NCBI GenBank assembly: GCA_963761305.1
Contig: CAVXGK010000002.1
Span: forward strand, 1,184,001-1,248,000
Length of the DNA: 64,000 bases
DNA from: an uncultured Gemmatimonadaceae bacterium
GTDB taxonomy: Bacteria; Gemmatimonadota; Gemmatimonadetes; Gemmatimonadales; Gemmatimonadaceae
Direction of reading: 5' to 3'
Shown: one piece after another, positions 10,523 through 22,575 of the stretch
Layout of the letters: each line of letters begins with the position of its first letter
Position numbering within the stretch: position 1 is the stretch's first letter
Notes under the pieces: model-generated
What the model was told of the DNA's origin: nothing
Database searches by the model: none
Seen by the model: only the letters and a program-made list of their open reading frames with translations
Position numbers and translations under genes: made by a program

Positions 10523-10983
10523 CCAGGCGATCGAACAGGTCCACCATCTCGAGCGCGGCGAGCGCGGCGTCCCATCCCTTGTTGCCGTGCGCGCCGCCGG
10601 CACGTGCGCTCGGCCTGCTCGTCGTCGTCGCAGGTGAGCACGCCGAAGCCGATCGGGGTGTCGAATTCAGTGCTCGCGCGTGCGAGCCCGCGCGAGGCTT
10701 CGCCGGCGACGTAGTCGAAGTGCGGCGTGTCGCCGCGAATCACCGCGCCCACGGCGACGAGCGCGTCGTACCGTTCGGTGGCCAACAGGCGACGCGCGGC
10801 GATCGGCAGCTCCCACGCGCCGGGCACCCACACCACGTCGACGTCGTCGGCCGACACGCCGTGGCGGACGAGCGCGTCGAGCGCGCCGTCGACGAGCTTG
10901 TCGACGATCGACTGATTGAACCGGCTGGCGACGACCGCGAATCGCCGGTGCGCACCGGACGGGGTTCCGGCGAATTCGGCCAT
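10503..10983 (-). CDS. ribH: 6,7-dimethyl-8-ribityllumazine synthase, with an apparent 1-base insertion near 10608
   Basis: SRFN, VPGAWELP, GAVIRGDTPHFDYVA, FGVLT; ARAGGAHGNKGWDAALAALEM continues in another frame. Confidence 0.92.
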
Positions 10984-11002
10984 TCTATAGGACGGGCCTC
11001 AG

Positions 11003-12220
11003 TCAGTCTGCTGCGTCGGACGTAAACAGATGTCCGAGCTTGTCGCGCTTGGTGCGGAGATAGTCCGCGTTCTCGTCGTGCGACGGCTGGACGATCGGTA
11101 CGCGCTCGTCGAGTCGAATGCCATAGCCCTCGAGGCCGACCATCTTGCGCGGATTGTTCGTGATCGGGCGAATCGACGTGAGGCCCAGGTCGAGCAGGAT
11201 CTGCGCGCCGATTCCATAGTTGCGGAGATCGGGCTTGAAGCCGAGCTGCTCGTTCGCTTCGACCGTGTCGGCGCCGCGATCCTGCAGCTCGTACGCCTTG
11301 AGCTTGTTCAGCAGGCCGATGCCCCGCCCTTCCTGGTCGAGATAGACGATGACGCCGCGGCCTTCCTTGGCGATCATCTCCATCGCCTTGTCGAGCTGCC
11401 ATCCGCAATCGCAGCGCAGCGAGTGGAACACGTCGCCGGTGAGACACTTCGAGTGAATGCGAACCAGCACGCCCTCCGCGCCCGCCACGTCGCCGTACAC
11501 GAGGGCCACGTGTTCGTGGACATCGACGTCGTTCTTGTAGCCGACGATGCGCCACTCGCCATGCTCGGTCGGCAGCCGCGCTTCGGCCACGCGATGCACG
11601 AGGCGCTCGCTCTTGAGCCGGTACGCGACGAGCTGCGCCACGGTGACGAAGACGATGTTGTGCTCGGCGGCGAAGGTCTCGAGCTGCGGCCGACGCGACG
11701 TCGAGCCGTCCTCGTTCAAGATCTCACAGATGACGCCGGCCGGGGACAGTCCGGCGAGCCGCGCGAGGTCAACCGCCGCCTCAGTATGGCCGACGCGCTG
11801 CAGCACGCCGCCGTCGCGCGCGCGCAGCGGGAACACGTGGCCGCCGTGGCGCAGGTGCCCCGGCTCGGCGTCGGGTTGCACGGCGACGCGAATCGTCTTG
11901 GCGCGGTCGTGCGCGCTGATGCCGGTCGTCACGCCGAAGCGCGGCGACGCGTCGATGCTCACCGTGTACGTCGTGCGGTAATCGTCGAGGTTCGTCTCGC
12001 TCATCGGGTCGAGGCCGAGCGCGTCGACGCGTTGGCCCGTGATCGCCAGGCAGATCAATCCGCCCGCCTTCTTGATCATGAAGTTGACCATCTCGGGCGT
12101 GATGAGCTCCGCCGCGCAGATGAGATCGCCTTCGTTCTCGCGATCCTCGTCGTCGGCGACGATCGCGAACTTGCCGTCGCGGATCGCCTCGATTGCCTGC
12201 TCTATCGTTCCGAAAGCCAT
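11003..12220 (-). CDS. ribBA: Bifunctional DHBP synthase / GTP cyclohydrolase II
   Basis: Start ATG 12220; DDEDRENEGD, GHTEA, RIHSKCLTGDVFHSLRCDC, QEGRGIGL. Confidence 0.97.
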   Translation of the reverse strand: MAFGTIEQAIEAIRDGKFAIVADDEDRENEGDLICAAELITPEMVNFMIKKAGGLICLAITGQRVDALGLDPMSETNLDDYRTTYTVSIDASPRFGVTTGISAHDRAKTIRVAVQPDAEPGHLRHGGHVFPLRARDGGVLQRVGHTEAAVDLARLAGLSPAGVICEILNEDGSTSRRPQLETFAAEHNIVFVTVAQLVAYRLKSERLVHRVAEARLPTEHGEWRIVGYKNDVDVHEHVALVYGDVAGAEGVLVRIHSKCLTGDVFHSLRCDCGWQLDKAMEMIAKEGRGVIVYLDQEGRGIGLLNKLKAYELQDRGADTVEANEQLGFKPDLRNYGIGAQILLDLGLTSIRPITNNPRKMVGLEGYGIRLDERVPIVQPSHDENADYLRTKRDKLGHLFTSDAAD

Positions 12221-12807
12221 GTGGATTCCTTGAGCAAACGCTGCACGTACTTCCCGAGCATGTCCGCCTCGACGTGCACGCGATCGCCGGCGGCCAGACC
12301 ATCGAGCGTCGTGTGCCGCAGCGTGAATTCTATGAGTGACAGCTGCACGGTGGCCGGCGTCGGGAGGTCGTTCACGGTGAGGCTCACGCCGTCGACCGCC
12401 AGCGAACCGTGCGGTACCATAAGCTCGGCGAGCCCGGAAGGGAGAGCAAGGTCGACGAGACGCGCGTCCCCCCGCTGAGCGACCGACTCGACGGTGGCAA
12501 CCCCGTCTACGTGGCCTTGGACGAAATGTCCGCCCAACCGATCGCCGACGCGCAGGGCTCGCTCGAGGTTCACGCGCGCACCGGCCTCCCACGCGCCCAT
12601 CGTCGTTCGGTCGAGCGTCGTCGTGATGGCCGCCGCGGTGAACCATTGCGGCCCATGCTCGCGCACCGTCAGACACGCGCCGTTCACGGCGATGCTCTCG
12701 CCGGCGGCAAGATCGCCGTAGCGACACTCGATGCGGAACTCGCGTCCCGCCTCGGTGGTCGCGACGCTCGCGATGCGTCCGACGTCGTCGATCAGGCCGG
12801 TGAACAC
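12202..12807 (-). CDS. ribE: Riboflavin synthase alpha chain
   Basis: GTG 12807 (M)FTGLI N-terminus; SIAVNGACLTV, VNLERAL, LGGHFVQGHVDG, DGVSLTV. Confidence 0.95.
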   Translation of the reverse strand: MFTGLIDDVGRIASVATTEAGREFRIECRYGDLAAGESIAVNGACLTVREHGPQWFTAAAITTTLDRTTMGAWEAGARVNLERALRVGDRLGGHFVQGHVDGVATVESVAQRGDARLVDLALPSGLAELMVPHGSLAVDGVSLTVNDLPTPATVQLSLIEFTLRHTTLDGLAAGDRVHVEADMLGKYVQRLLKESTWLSER

Positions 12808-13916
12808 GCGACCTCGCGCAATGCGTAGATGGTCATTGTGTCTTCGCCGAACGGCCGTTGGTCCACCACGCGCGTGCGCTCGAGCGACGCCGCGAATCCA
12901 GCCGGCGCGAAGTCGAACGCGCCGAGTGCGTGGCCCCCCCCGCCGCCGACGGAAGTCCGTGAGTGAAAGATAATGAGCCGGTCGGCGAGCGATCTCTCGA
13001 GAAACGAACCGGCGAGCCGCGCGCCGCCCTCGACGAACAGCGACCGCACGCCGCCTTCGCGCAGCCGAACGAGCGCGGCCTCGAGATCCGCCGCCTCGAT
13101 CACGTCCACGCCCCGACTCGCCAGCGCGCCGATCGCAGACGCGTCGGCGCCCGGACGCACGACGACGGTCGTCGGAACGTCGGCGGCCGTGCGGACGAGC
13201 ACCGACTCGAGCGGCGTTCGCGCCTGCGAATCGAATACAACTCGCCGCGGCGCCACCCGCGGCGCGGGAACGCCCCGCACGGTGAGCGCGGGATCGTCGG
13301 CGAGCACGGTTCCGATTCCCACCGCGATCGCGTCGCTGTTCGCGCGGAGACGGTGCACGTCGGCGCGCGACGCTTCGCCCGTGATCCAGCGTTGGTCCGG
13401 CGACGCGTTGGCGATGCGATCGTCCGCCGAGACGGCGAGCTTGAGCGTCACCCACGGACGCGTGCTCGCCTGCGCGTGAAAGAACGGCGCGTTGAGCTCG
13501 ATCGCGGAATCGCGATCGTCGGCCGGCGAGAGATCGGCCTTCACGCCGGCCGCGCGCAGCTTCTCGATTCCACCGCGCGCGACGCGGCTCGGGTCGCGGA
13601 CGGCCGCCACCACGCGGCCGATTCCCGCGCCGATGATCGCGTCGACGCACGGCGGCGTCTTTCCCTGGTGCGTGCACGGTTCCAGGCTCACGTAGAGCGT
13701 CGCGCCCTTCGCGGCCGTGCCGGCCTCGCGCAACGCAACCACCTCGGCGTGCGCGTCGCCGAAACGCGCGTGGAATCCTTCGCCGAGCACGCGGTCGCCC
13801 GCAACGACGACCGCGCCGACCATCGGGTTCGGCGCGGTCTGTCCCCACCCACGCTCGGCCAGCGCGAGCGCGCGACGCATGAACTGGTGGTCCTCGCGTC
13901 GCGCGTCGTCGGTCAT
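12792..13916 (-). CDS. ribD: Riboflavin biosynthesis deaminase/reductase
   Basis: PNPMVGAV, HAE, LEPCTHQGKTPPC, VEGG. Confidence 0.97.
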   Translation of the reverse strand: MTDDARREDHQFMRRALALAERGWGQTAPNPMVGAVVVAGDRVLGEGFHARFGDAHAEVVALREAGTAAKGATLYVSLEPCTHQGKTPPCVDAIIGAGIGRVVAAVRDPSRVARGGIEKLRAAGVKADLSPADDRDSAIELNAPFFHAQASTRPWVTLKLAVSADDRIANASPDQRWITGEASRADVHRLRANSDAIAVGIGTVLADDPALTVRGVPAPRVAPRRVVFDSQARTPLESVLVRTAADVPTTVVVRPGADASAIGALASRGVDVIEAADLEAALVRLREGGVRSLFVEGGARLAGSFLERSLADRLIIFHSRTSVGGGGGHALGAFDFAPAGFAASLERTRVVDQRPFGEDTMTIYALREVACSPA

Positions 13917-13932
13917 GTCGTGCCGGGAAACG

Positions 13933-14952
13933 TCATCGGCTCAAGCTGAAGCCGAACGATCCGTACACCTGCGAGCGACTGGGGCTACCACCCGAGAACG
14001 AGTTGTAGGTTTGCACCGTTCCACCCATCGCGTCGCCGACCTCGAACACGAGCTTGAGCACCGGCAGGTTGATCGAGAAGTCGGCGAACATGTTCGTGCG
14101 ATCCATCGTCTGTGCGAGGTCCACGGTCTCATTGCCGGCGGCGCCGCTCTCGGTGACGGTGCCTTTGATCGTCGCCGACTGCTTGTAGCTGTCGCGCCCG
14201 ATGCCCGCCGCGACCGAGAAACGAATCAGGCTCTTGCTGGCGACGACGCGCCACGCGTGCGTCTGCACGTCCATGCCACTGACGTCGAGCGTCGTCTGAG
14301 CGCCGTTGTTTGTCGACGTCGTGTTGATGTCGATCGTGGGCAAGTCACGCTCGATCCACGTGAACGACACGCCGGGGAAGGCGATCGATTCGGAGAGCAA
14401 CCCGATTCGAGCGCCGTATCCGAACTTGAGGTTCGACGACGGCGTGAGCGAAAAGTCGGTCCCGGTGATCGATGGGACGTACTCGGCGCTCACCAGCGCG
14501 TCGACGCCGAGAACGTTCGTCAGCGCGAGCGGAAAGCCTTTGTACAGGCCGATCGCCGCGTCGGCCGTCGGGAGGCCGAAGACCGACGTCTTGGTGGGCA
14601 GCGTGCGCTGCTGCGCGCCGTTGACGCTCACCGGATAGCCGTCTCCGCTCGTATTCGGAAGCAATCCGCCGAACGCGTTGACCCGCACGCCGACGGAAAA
14701 ATGGCCCAGCCCACCGAGCACGCTTCCCTGGCCCGCGGTCGCGTTGCCGCCGGTAAGAGCGAGTCCGAGCTGCGGCGCGAGCAGTTGATAGACGTCGTAC
14801 GCCTGCTGGCACGCGTCCTGGCCGATGAGCCCCACCGAGCCCCCGCCGCCACTGCTGCATGCGGGCGTCGAAAGTCCTTGCGCCGACAAACCCGGCAGTG
14901 GCGCAACGACGAGCGCGACGATGGCAGCAATTCGCGAAAGACGACCACGCAT
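13933..14952 (-). CDS. Putative exported/outer-membrane beta-barrel protein of unknown function
   Basis: Signal peptide (..PGLSA-Q), alternating beta-strand pattern, C-terminal YGSFGFSLSR. Confidence 0.65.
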   Translation of the reverse strand: MRGRLSRIAAIVALVVAPLPGLSAQGLSTPACSSGGGGSVGLIGQDACQQAYDVYQLLAPQLGLALTGGNATAGQGSVLGGLGHFSVGVRVNAFGGLLPNTSGDGYPVSVNGAQQRTLPTKTSVFGLPTADAAIGLYKGFPLALTNVLGVDALVSAEYVPSITGTDFSLTPSSNLKFGYGARIGLLSESIAFPGVSFTWIERDLPTIDINTTSTNNGAQTTLDVSGMDVQTHAWRVVASKSLIRFSVAAGIGRDSYKQSATIKGTVTESGAAGNETVDLAQTMDRTNMFADFSINLPVLKLVFEVGDAMGGTVQTYNSFSGGSPSRSQVYGSFGFSLSR

Positions 14953-14955
14953 ACG

Positions 14956-15993
14956 CTACTCCCCCTCGAGGACTACGCGACCCGACCCGGTAGCGGTGCG
15001 ACCGATGGTCCATCCTCGGACGCCCGCGGCAGTCACGGCGGCGATCACGCTGTCGACGGAGCTCGGCGGCACGATCACCACCATCCCGACGCCCATGTTG
15101 AACGTTCGGAACATTTCTGAACGGTCCACGCGCCCGGCGCGTGCCAACTGCTGGAAAACGTTCGGCACCGTCCAACTCTTTGTGTCGACGAGCGCGTCGA
15201 GCGTTGGCGGCAACGCACGGTTGAGATTGCCCGGGAGCCCGCCGCCCGTGATGTGCGCCATCGCGTGCACGGACCCGTCGGTGAGCACGGGCCGCAGCGC
15301 GGCGAGATACGAGCGATGCACGGCCAGCAACACATCCGCCGCCGAGCGGTCGTCGCCGGGAAAACGATCGGACACGCCGAGGTTCATGCGCTCGGCGACG
15401 ATGCGGCGGGCGAGCGACAAACCGTTTGTGTGCAGTCCGCTGCTCTCGAGTCCGACGAGCACGTCGCCGTCGCGCACGCGCGACGATCCGAGGATCGCGT
15501 CTTCGTCGACGTAGCCGACGATGAACCCCGCGAGATCGTAGTCCGGCGGCGTGTAGACGCCGGGCATCTCGGCCGTCTCGCCGCCGATCAGTGCGCAGCC
15601 GTTCTCGCGGCACCCGGCGGCGACGCCCTTCACGATTCCCTCGACGACGCTCGGATCGAGCGCGCCCATCGCGACGTAATCGAGAAAGAACAGCGGCAGC
15701 GCGCCCTGCACGAGAATGTCGTTGACGCAGTGGTTCACGAGGTCGTGGCCGACCGTGTCGTGGCGTCCCGCGTCGATCGCGACCTTGAGCTTGGTGCCGA
15801 CGCCGTCGGCGCTGGCGACGAGCACCGGTTTCGGAACGTCGGTCGGGACGCGGAACATGCCGCCGAATCCGCCGAACTCTCCTCGCGCACCCGCGGTGAG
15901 CGTCGACAACACGTGCGCCTTGATGCGATGCTTGGCGTCGTCGGCCGCATCGATGTCGACGCCGGCTGTGCGATAGTCGAGCCGGTCGCTCAC
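14956..15993 (-). CDS. purM: Phosphoribosylformylglycinamidine cyclo-ligase
   Basis: YRTAGVDI, DGVGTK, GGETAEMPG, GLHTNG, HITGGG, RTFNMG. Confidence 0.97.
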   Translation of the reverse strand: MSDRLDYRTAGVDIDAADDAKHRIKAHVLSTLTAGARGEFGGFGGMFRVPTDVPKPVLVASADGVGTKLKVAIDAGRHDTVGHDLVNHCVNDILVQGALPLFFLDYVAMGALDPSVVEGIVKGVAAGCRENGCALIGGETAEMPGVYTPPDYDLAGFIVGYVDEDAILGSSRVRDGDVLVGLESSGLHTNGLSLARRIVAERMNLGVSDRFPGDDRSAADVLLAVHRSYLAALRPVLTDGSVHAMAHITGGGLPGNLNRALPPTLDALVDTKSWTVPNVFQQLARAGRVDRSEMFRTFNMGVGMVVIVPPSSVDSVIAAVTAAGVRGWTIGRTATGSGRVVLEGE

Positions 15994-16907
15994 GCCGTTC
16001 CCTGCTCGAACGAGACGAGCCGGTGGAAGTCGCCGACGCGGCGTCGCAGGTCGTCGCGCGTGATCTCGAGCAGTCGATCGACGGAGAACTTCTCGACGGC
16101 GAACGAGCCCATGGCCGAGCCGTACACCACGGCGCGGCGAAGGTTGGCTTCGGAGAGGTCGCCCGTGCTGGCGAGGTAACCCATGAAACCACCGGCGAAG
16201 GAATCGCCCGCGCCCGTCGGATCGAACACCGACTCCAACGGATACGCCGGCGCGAAGAACACGTTCTCGTTGGTGAACATGAACGCGCCGTGTTCGCCCT
16301 TCTTGATCACGACGTGCTTGGGGCCGCGCTTCATGATCCAGCGCGCGGCCTTCACGAGGTTGAACTCCTCGGTGAGCTGCCGCGCCTCGGCGTCATTGAG
16401 CGTGATGAGGTCGACGTGCGAGAGGAGCTTGAGGAGATCCGGCCGCCGGCTCTCGATCCAGAAGTTCATCGTGTCGCAGGCGACGAGCTTCGGTTTGGCG
16501 ACCTGCGTCAGCACGTCGAGCTGCAGCCGCGGGTCGATGTTCCCCAGAAACACGAACGGCGCATGCTTGAACTGTTCGGGAATCTTCGGCCGAAAGTTCG
16601 AGAAGACGCCGAGGTGCGTCTCCAGCGTCTCGGCGACGTTCAGGTCGTGGCGGTATCGCCCGCGCCAGCGGAACGACGTGCCCTCCGCCCGCTCGAGCCC
16701 GGCGAGGTCGATCGGCCGCGACGCGAACGCCGTCTTCAACGCGTCGAGAGGAAAGTCGGCCCCGATCACGCCGACCAGTTGCACCGGCGCGAGATGGCTC
16801 GCCGCGGCCGCGAAGAACGTGCCCGACCCGCCGAGGACGTTGTCCGCGCGGCCGAACGGCGTCTCGACCGAGTCGAGAGCTACCGAGCCGACGACGAGAA
16901 CTGACAT
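15990..16907 (-). CDS. PfkB family carbohydrate/nucleoside kinase
   Basis: LGGSGTF N-terminal motif and DPTGAGDSFAGG PfkB signature. Confidence 0.92.
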   Translation of the reverse strand: MSVLVVGSVALDSVETPFGRADNVLGGSGTFFAAAASHLAPVQLVGVIGADFPLDALKTAFASRPIDLAGLERAEGTSFRWRGRYRHDLNVAETLETHLGVFSNFRPKIPEQFKHAPFVFLGNIDPRLQLDVLTQVAKPKLVACDTMNFWIESRRPDLLKLLSHVDLITLNDAEARQLTEEFNLVKAARWIMKRGPKHVVIKKGEHGAFMFTNENVFFAPAYPLESVFDPTGAGDSFAGGFMGYLASTGDLSEANLRRAVVYGSAMGSFAVEKFSVDRLLEITRDDLRRRVGDFHRLVSFEQGTA

Positions 16908-16938
16908 GAGGATTGGTTGAAGTGACGGATGTGGCGGC

Positions 16939-18582
16939 TCACATCCGCTCCGGCGCGGTGATGCCGAGCAGCGCGAGGCCGTTGCGAAACACGAGCTGCG
17001 CCGCGCGCGCCAGCACGAGCCGGGCGCGCATCAGCGGCTCGGGCTCGTTGAGGACGTGCGCCTTGTGATACCAGAGGTGCGTCTTGCCGGCGGTTTCGTG
17101 CAGATAGTTGGCGATGCGATGCGGTTCCAGCGCCGCCGCCGCGCCGGCGAGGATCGCCGGATAGTCGAGCAGCGCCTTCATGAGCTCCTGCTCTTCGGGC
17201 AGCGACAGGAGCGAGAGATCGGCGTCGTTCCCCGTGACCGTGGCCGGATCGATTTCGCCCACACGGAAGATGCCCGACATGCGCGCATGCGCCATCTGGA
17301 TGTAGTAGACCGGATTCTCGTCCGACTGCGACCGCGCGACGTCGACGTCGAACACGAGCTGCGAGTCGCCCTTCCGCATCAGGAAGAAGTAGCGCACCGC
17401 GTCGCGGCCGACCTCGTCGACCAGGTCGCGCACCGTGACGTAGCTGCCGGCGCGCTTGGAGATCTTCACCTCGTCGCCGCCGCGCATCACGGTCACCATC
17501 TGGTGCAGCACGTAGTCGGGATAGCCCTTGGGGATCCCGGCATCGAGCGCCTGAAGGCCGACGCGCACGCGCGTCACCGTGCTGTGATGGTCGGCGCCCT
17601 GCACGTTGATGGCGCGCTTGAAGCCGCGCTCCCACTTGGTGACGTGATAGGCGACGTCGGGAACGAAGTACGTGAACGTTCCGTCGCTCTTTCGCATCAC
17701 GCGGTCCTTGTCGTCGCCGAAGTCCGTCGTGCGCAGCCAGAGCGCGCCGTCCTTCTCGTACGTGTGGCCCGCGGCGACGAGCCGCGCCACCGTCTCGGCG
17801 ACGCGCCCGTCATCGTAGAGCGACGACTCGAGGAAATAGACGTCGAACTTGACGCCGAACGCCTGCAGGTCGCGATCCTGTTCCTTGCGCAGCTCGCGCA
17901 CGGCGAAGCGTTGAACGGCCTCGAGATCGTCCGCGTTGGCGTCGGCTGCGTTCTCCTCGACGTAGCGCTGCGCCAGTTCGCGAATGTATTCGCCGTGATA
18001 GCCGCCCTCGGGCAGCGGCACGTCCTGGCCGGCGAGCTGCCGCACGCGGGCCCGCACGCTGAGCGCGAGGTTCGCGATCTGCGCCCCGGCGTCGTTGTAG
18101 TAGAACTCTCGCGAGACGCGCCAGCCGGTCGATGAGAGCAGCGCCGAGATCGCGTCGCCGAGCGCCGCTTGGCGTCCGTGGCCGACGTGCAGCGGCCCGG
18201 TTGGATTCGCCGACACGAATTCGACGTTCACCGCGCACTGCTCGCCGGCGTTCGAGTGCCCGTACTGATCGCCGGCCGCGATCACCGCCCGCAATCCTTC
18301 CGCGAACACGTCCGTCGCGACGCGAAAATTGATGAACCCTGGGCCGGCGATCTCCGCCGCGCGGATTCCGGCCCGCATGTAGTCCATTCGCTCGACGATC
18401 GCCTGCGCGAGATCGCGCGGCTTCTTGCCGAGTGATTTGGCGAGGGTCATCGCGAGGTTCGTCGCCCAGTCGCCGAACGCCGGATCGCGCGGACGCTCGA
18501 TGACCGGATCGACGTCAGCCGGCGCGCCGAGCGACGTGGCGACGCGAACGAGCTCGGCGCGCAGCGCTTCGGTCGTGTCCAT
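16939..18582 (-). CDS. argS: Arginine--tRNA ligase
   Basis: [16 protein letters not shown] (HIGH), [24 protein letters not shown]. Confidence 0.97.
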   Translation of the reverse strand: MDTTEALRAELVRVATSLGAPADVDPVIERPRDPAFGDWATNLAMTLAKSLGKKPRDLAQAIVERMDYMRAGIRAAEIAGPGFINFRVATDVFAEGLRAVIAAGDQYGHSNAGEQCAVNVEFVSANPTGPLHVGHGRQAALGDAISALLSSTGWRVSREFYYNDAGAQIANLALSVRARVRQLAGQDVPLPEGGYHGEYIRELAQRYVEENAADANADDLEAVQRFAVRELRKEQDRDLQAFGVKFDVYFLESSLYDDGRVAETVARLVAAGHTYEKDGALWLRTTDFGDDKDRVMRKSDGTFTYFVPDVAYHVTKWERGFKRAINVQGADHHSTVTRVRVGLQALDAGIPKGYPDYVLHQMVTVMRGGDEVKISKRAGSYVTVRDLVDEVGRDAVRYFFLMRKGDSQLVFDVDVARSQSDENPVYYIQMAHARMSGIFRVGEIDPATVTGNDADLSLLSLPEEQELMKALLDYPAILAGAAAALEPHRIANYLHETAGKTHLWYHKAHVLNEPEPLMRARLVLARAAQLVFRNGLALLGITAPERM

Positions 18583-19079
18583 CAGTCGCTCGAGCCCGGC
18601 TTTTTGGGTGTCGAGCTCGACGAGTCGGTCTTGCCGCTCGATTTGTCGCCCCCGCCGCTCGATTTGTCGCCGCCGCCCGTCGATTCGGTTCGCTTCGACT
18701 CGGCGCTGCTCGACGAGCTCGATTCCGACCTCGATTCTGATTTCGATTCTGATTTCGATTCTGATTTCGAATCGCCGCTCTTCGAATCCGTCTTTGTCTC
18801 TTTTGTTTCGCCGCCTTGGGCGTCGCCGGACGATTCGCCGCCGCCGGACTTGTCAGTCGGGCGCCCGGAGCCGGCGCCCTCTTTTCGATGCGCGTTGCGC
18901 CCGTAGTCGGTGAGGTAGAAGCCGGATCCTTTGAACACCAGGCCGGCACCGCCTGACATCTGTCGCGTCGCAACCTTGCCGCACACCGGACACTCGAGCT
19001 CCGACACGGCATCGGCCATCTTGCGATAGAAGCGCTCGAAGCTGTGGCCGCTTGGGCAGCGGAACTCGTAAGTTGGCAT
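18582..19079 (-). CDS. FmdB family zinc-ribbon protein with a Ser/Lys/Gly low-complexity tail
   Basis: [15 protein letters not shown]...CPVCG...[11 protein letters not shown]. Confidence 0.9.
   Translation of the reverse strand: MPTYEFRCPSGHSFERFYRKMADAVSELECPVCGKVATRQMSGGAGLVFKGSGFYLTDYGRNAHRKEGAGSGRPTDKSGGGESSGDAQGGETKETKTDSKSGDSKSESKSESKSESRSESSSSSSAESKRTESTGGGDKSSGGGDKSSGKTDSSSSTPKKPGSSD
18633..18770. repeat. Intragenic tandem repeats in the FmdB tail (12-bp GATTCTGATTTC x3; 21-bp unit x2)
   Basis: Encode the SKSE repeats and GGGDKSS x2. Confidence 0.85.
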
Positions 19080-19114
19080 TTAGCTGAGACTTAGACGGCG
19101 CGCTCGGGATAGAA

Positions 19115-19144
19115 AAGCTAACGACTGTTGGAAGGGGAGTTCAA
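19115..19144 (-). promoter_or_regulatory. Putative sigma70-type promoter for the FmdB-argS run
   Basis: Minus strand TTGAAC-18 nt-TAGCTT, about 35 nt upstream of the ATG at 19079. Confidence 0.55.
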
Positions 19145-19165
19145 GGACGCGCGAACGGGAATCGA

Positions 19166-19232
19166 CCGTCCATCCGTCCATCCGTCCATCCGTCCATCCG
19201 TCCATCCGTCCACCCGTCTACCCGTCTACCCG

Positions 19233-19234
<2 letters not shown>
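19166..19234. repeat. 8-bp tandem repeat (CCGTCCAT)x5, CCGTCCAC, (CCGTCTAC)x2 and a partial unit
   Basis: Read directly; abuts the mcm stop codon. Confidence 0.95.
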
Positions 19235-20843
<1,609 letters not shown>

Positions 20844-20966
20844 GCGCGCCCGGAAGATATCCGCCCCGAACGCCGTGTGCCGGCTCCGGCCAGGCTCCGT
20901 GAGCCGTACTCGCCTCCTGGCGCTGGCTGAGCCGCTACGAGATGTACAACCGCCACGACATGTACA

Positions 20967-21078
20967 ACAACGATTTCGCGGAGAACCGCAGGATTCCGCG
21001 GAGAAGAACCAAGAGCATTTGTGAAAACCGCAAATGTTCTATCCGCGAAATCCGGCTGTTATTCCGCGAAATCGTTGT
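20967..21078. repeat. Imperfect long inverted repeat (REP/MITE-like palindromic element)
   Basis: Left arm ACAACGATTTCGCGGAGAACCGCAGGATTCCGCGGAGAAGAAC versus reverse complement of right arm ACAACGATTTCGCGGAATAACAGCCGGATTTCGCGGATAGAAC; inner ATTTG...CAAAT stem. Confidence 0.85.
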
Positions 21079-21147
21079 CTTCCAGCGGTTCATCGAGCTC
21101 GCCGGCCGGCAAGACCCTCGCGGCGACGATCTGGTCGCCGGGTCGGG

Positions 21148-22176
<1,029 letters not shown>

Positions 22177-22182
22177 GCTGCC

Positions 22183-22575
22183 TCACCTGTCCGAGGTTGG
22201 TCGTGCTCGCGCGGCGGCGTAGTCGCGCGCGTCGATTTCGTATCTGTTCCCGTGATAGCCCCGACACATCGATTCCCACACATAGCGAAACGCGAACGTC
22301 CGGTCGGCCTCAAACTGGCCAACGTGCCGGATTTCATGCAAGAGCAATTCTTCCGACGCGCCCGTGGGGCGCGCCAGCCAAATTGTGCGCCAAAGGGTGA
22401 TGGCGGACACCGACGCCTGCCCCAGACACCACCCGCCGACGCGCAGTGGCAGACCGCCGGCGCGCCATCGCGCCGTGGCTAGTTCAGGATAGCGCGCCAG
22501 CAACGCCGGCGGCAGTTCAATGGGTCGGCCGACTAGGGGTTGCGCGACTCTCCGGAGCGCGGCGGCAAGTCCCAT
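22183..22575 (-). CDS. Small HExxH zincin-like protein (DUF4157-like)
   Basis: ATG 22575 (start uncertain); SAITLWRTIW...LLLHEIRHVGQ...GYHGNRYEIDA. Confidence 0.7.
   Translation of the reverse strand: MGLAAALRRVAQPLVGRPIELPPALLARYPELATARWRAGGLPLRVGGWCLGQASVSAITLWRTIWLARPTGASEELLLHEIRHVGQFEADRTFAFRYVWESMCRGYHGNRYEIDARDYAAARARPTSDR

Noticed and set aside
9929..10983. Extended RibH and NusB-GT chimeric ORFs
   Set aside because: Caused by the indels near 10608 and 10163; the conserved C-termini are present in adjacent frames.
13917..13932. FMN riboswitch before ribD (and SAM riboswitch before metK)
   Set aside because: The gaps are only 16 bp and 5 bp, too short for an aptamer.
18633..18770. 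FmdB tail repeats as a separate element
   Set aside because: In-frame 12-bp and 21-bp repeats encoding a low-complexity tail, which is common in this family.
20844..20940. Cobalamin riboswitch upstream of the mutase
   Set aside because: No B12-box or GCCACTG/GGGAA core visible, and a -10-like box lies only 10 nt from the ATG.
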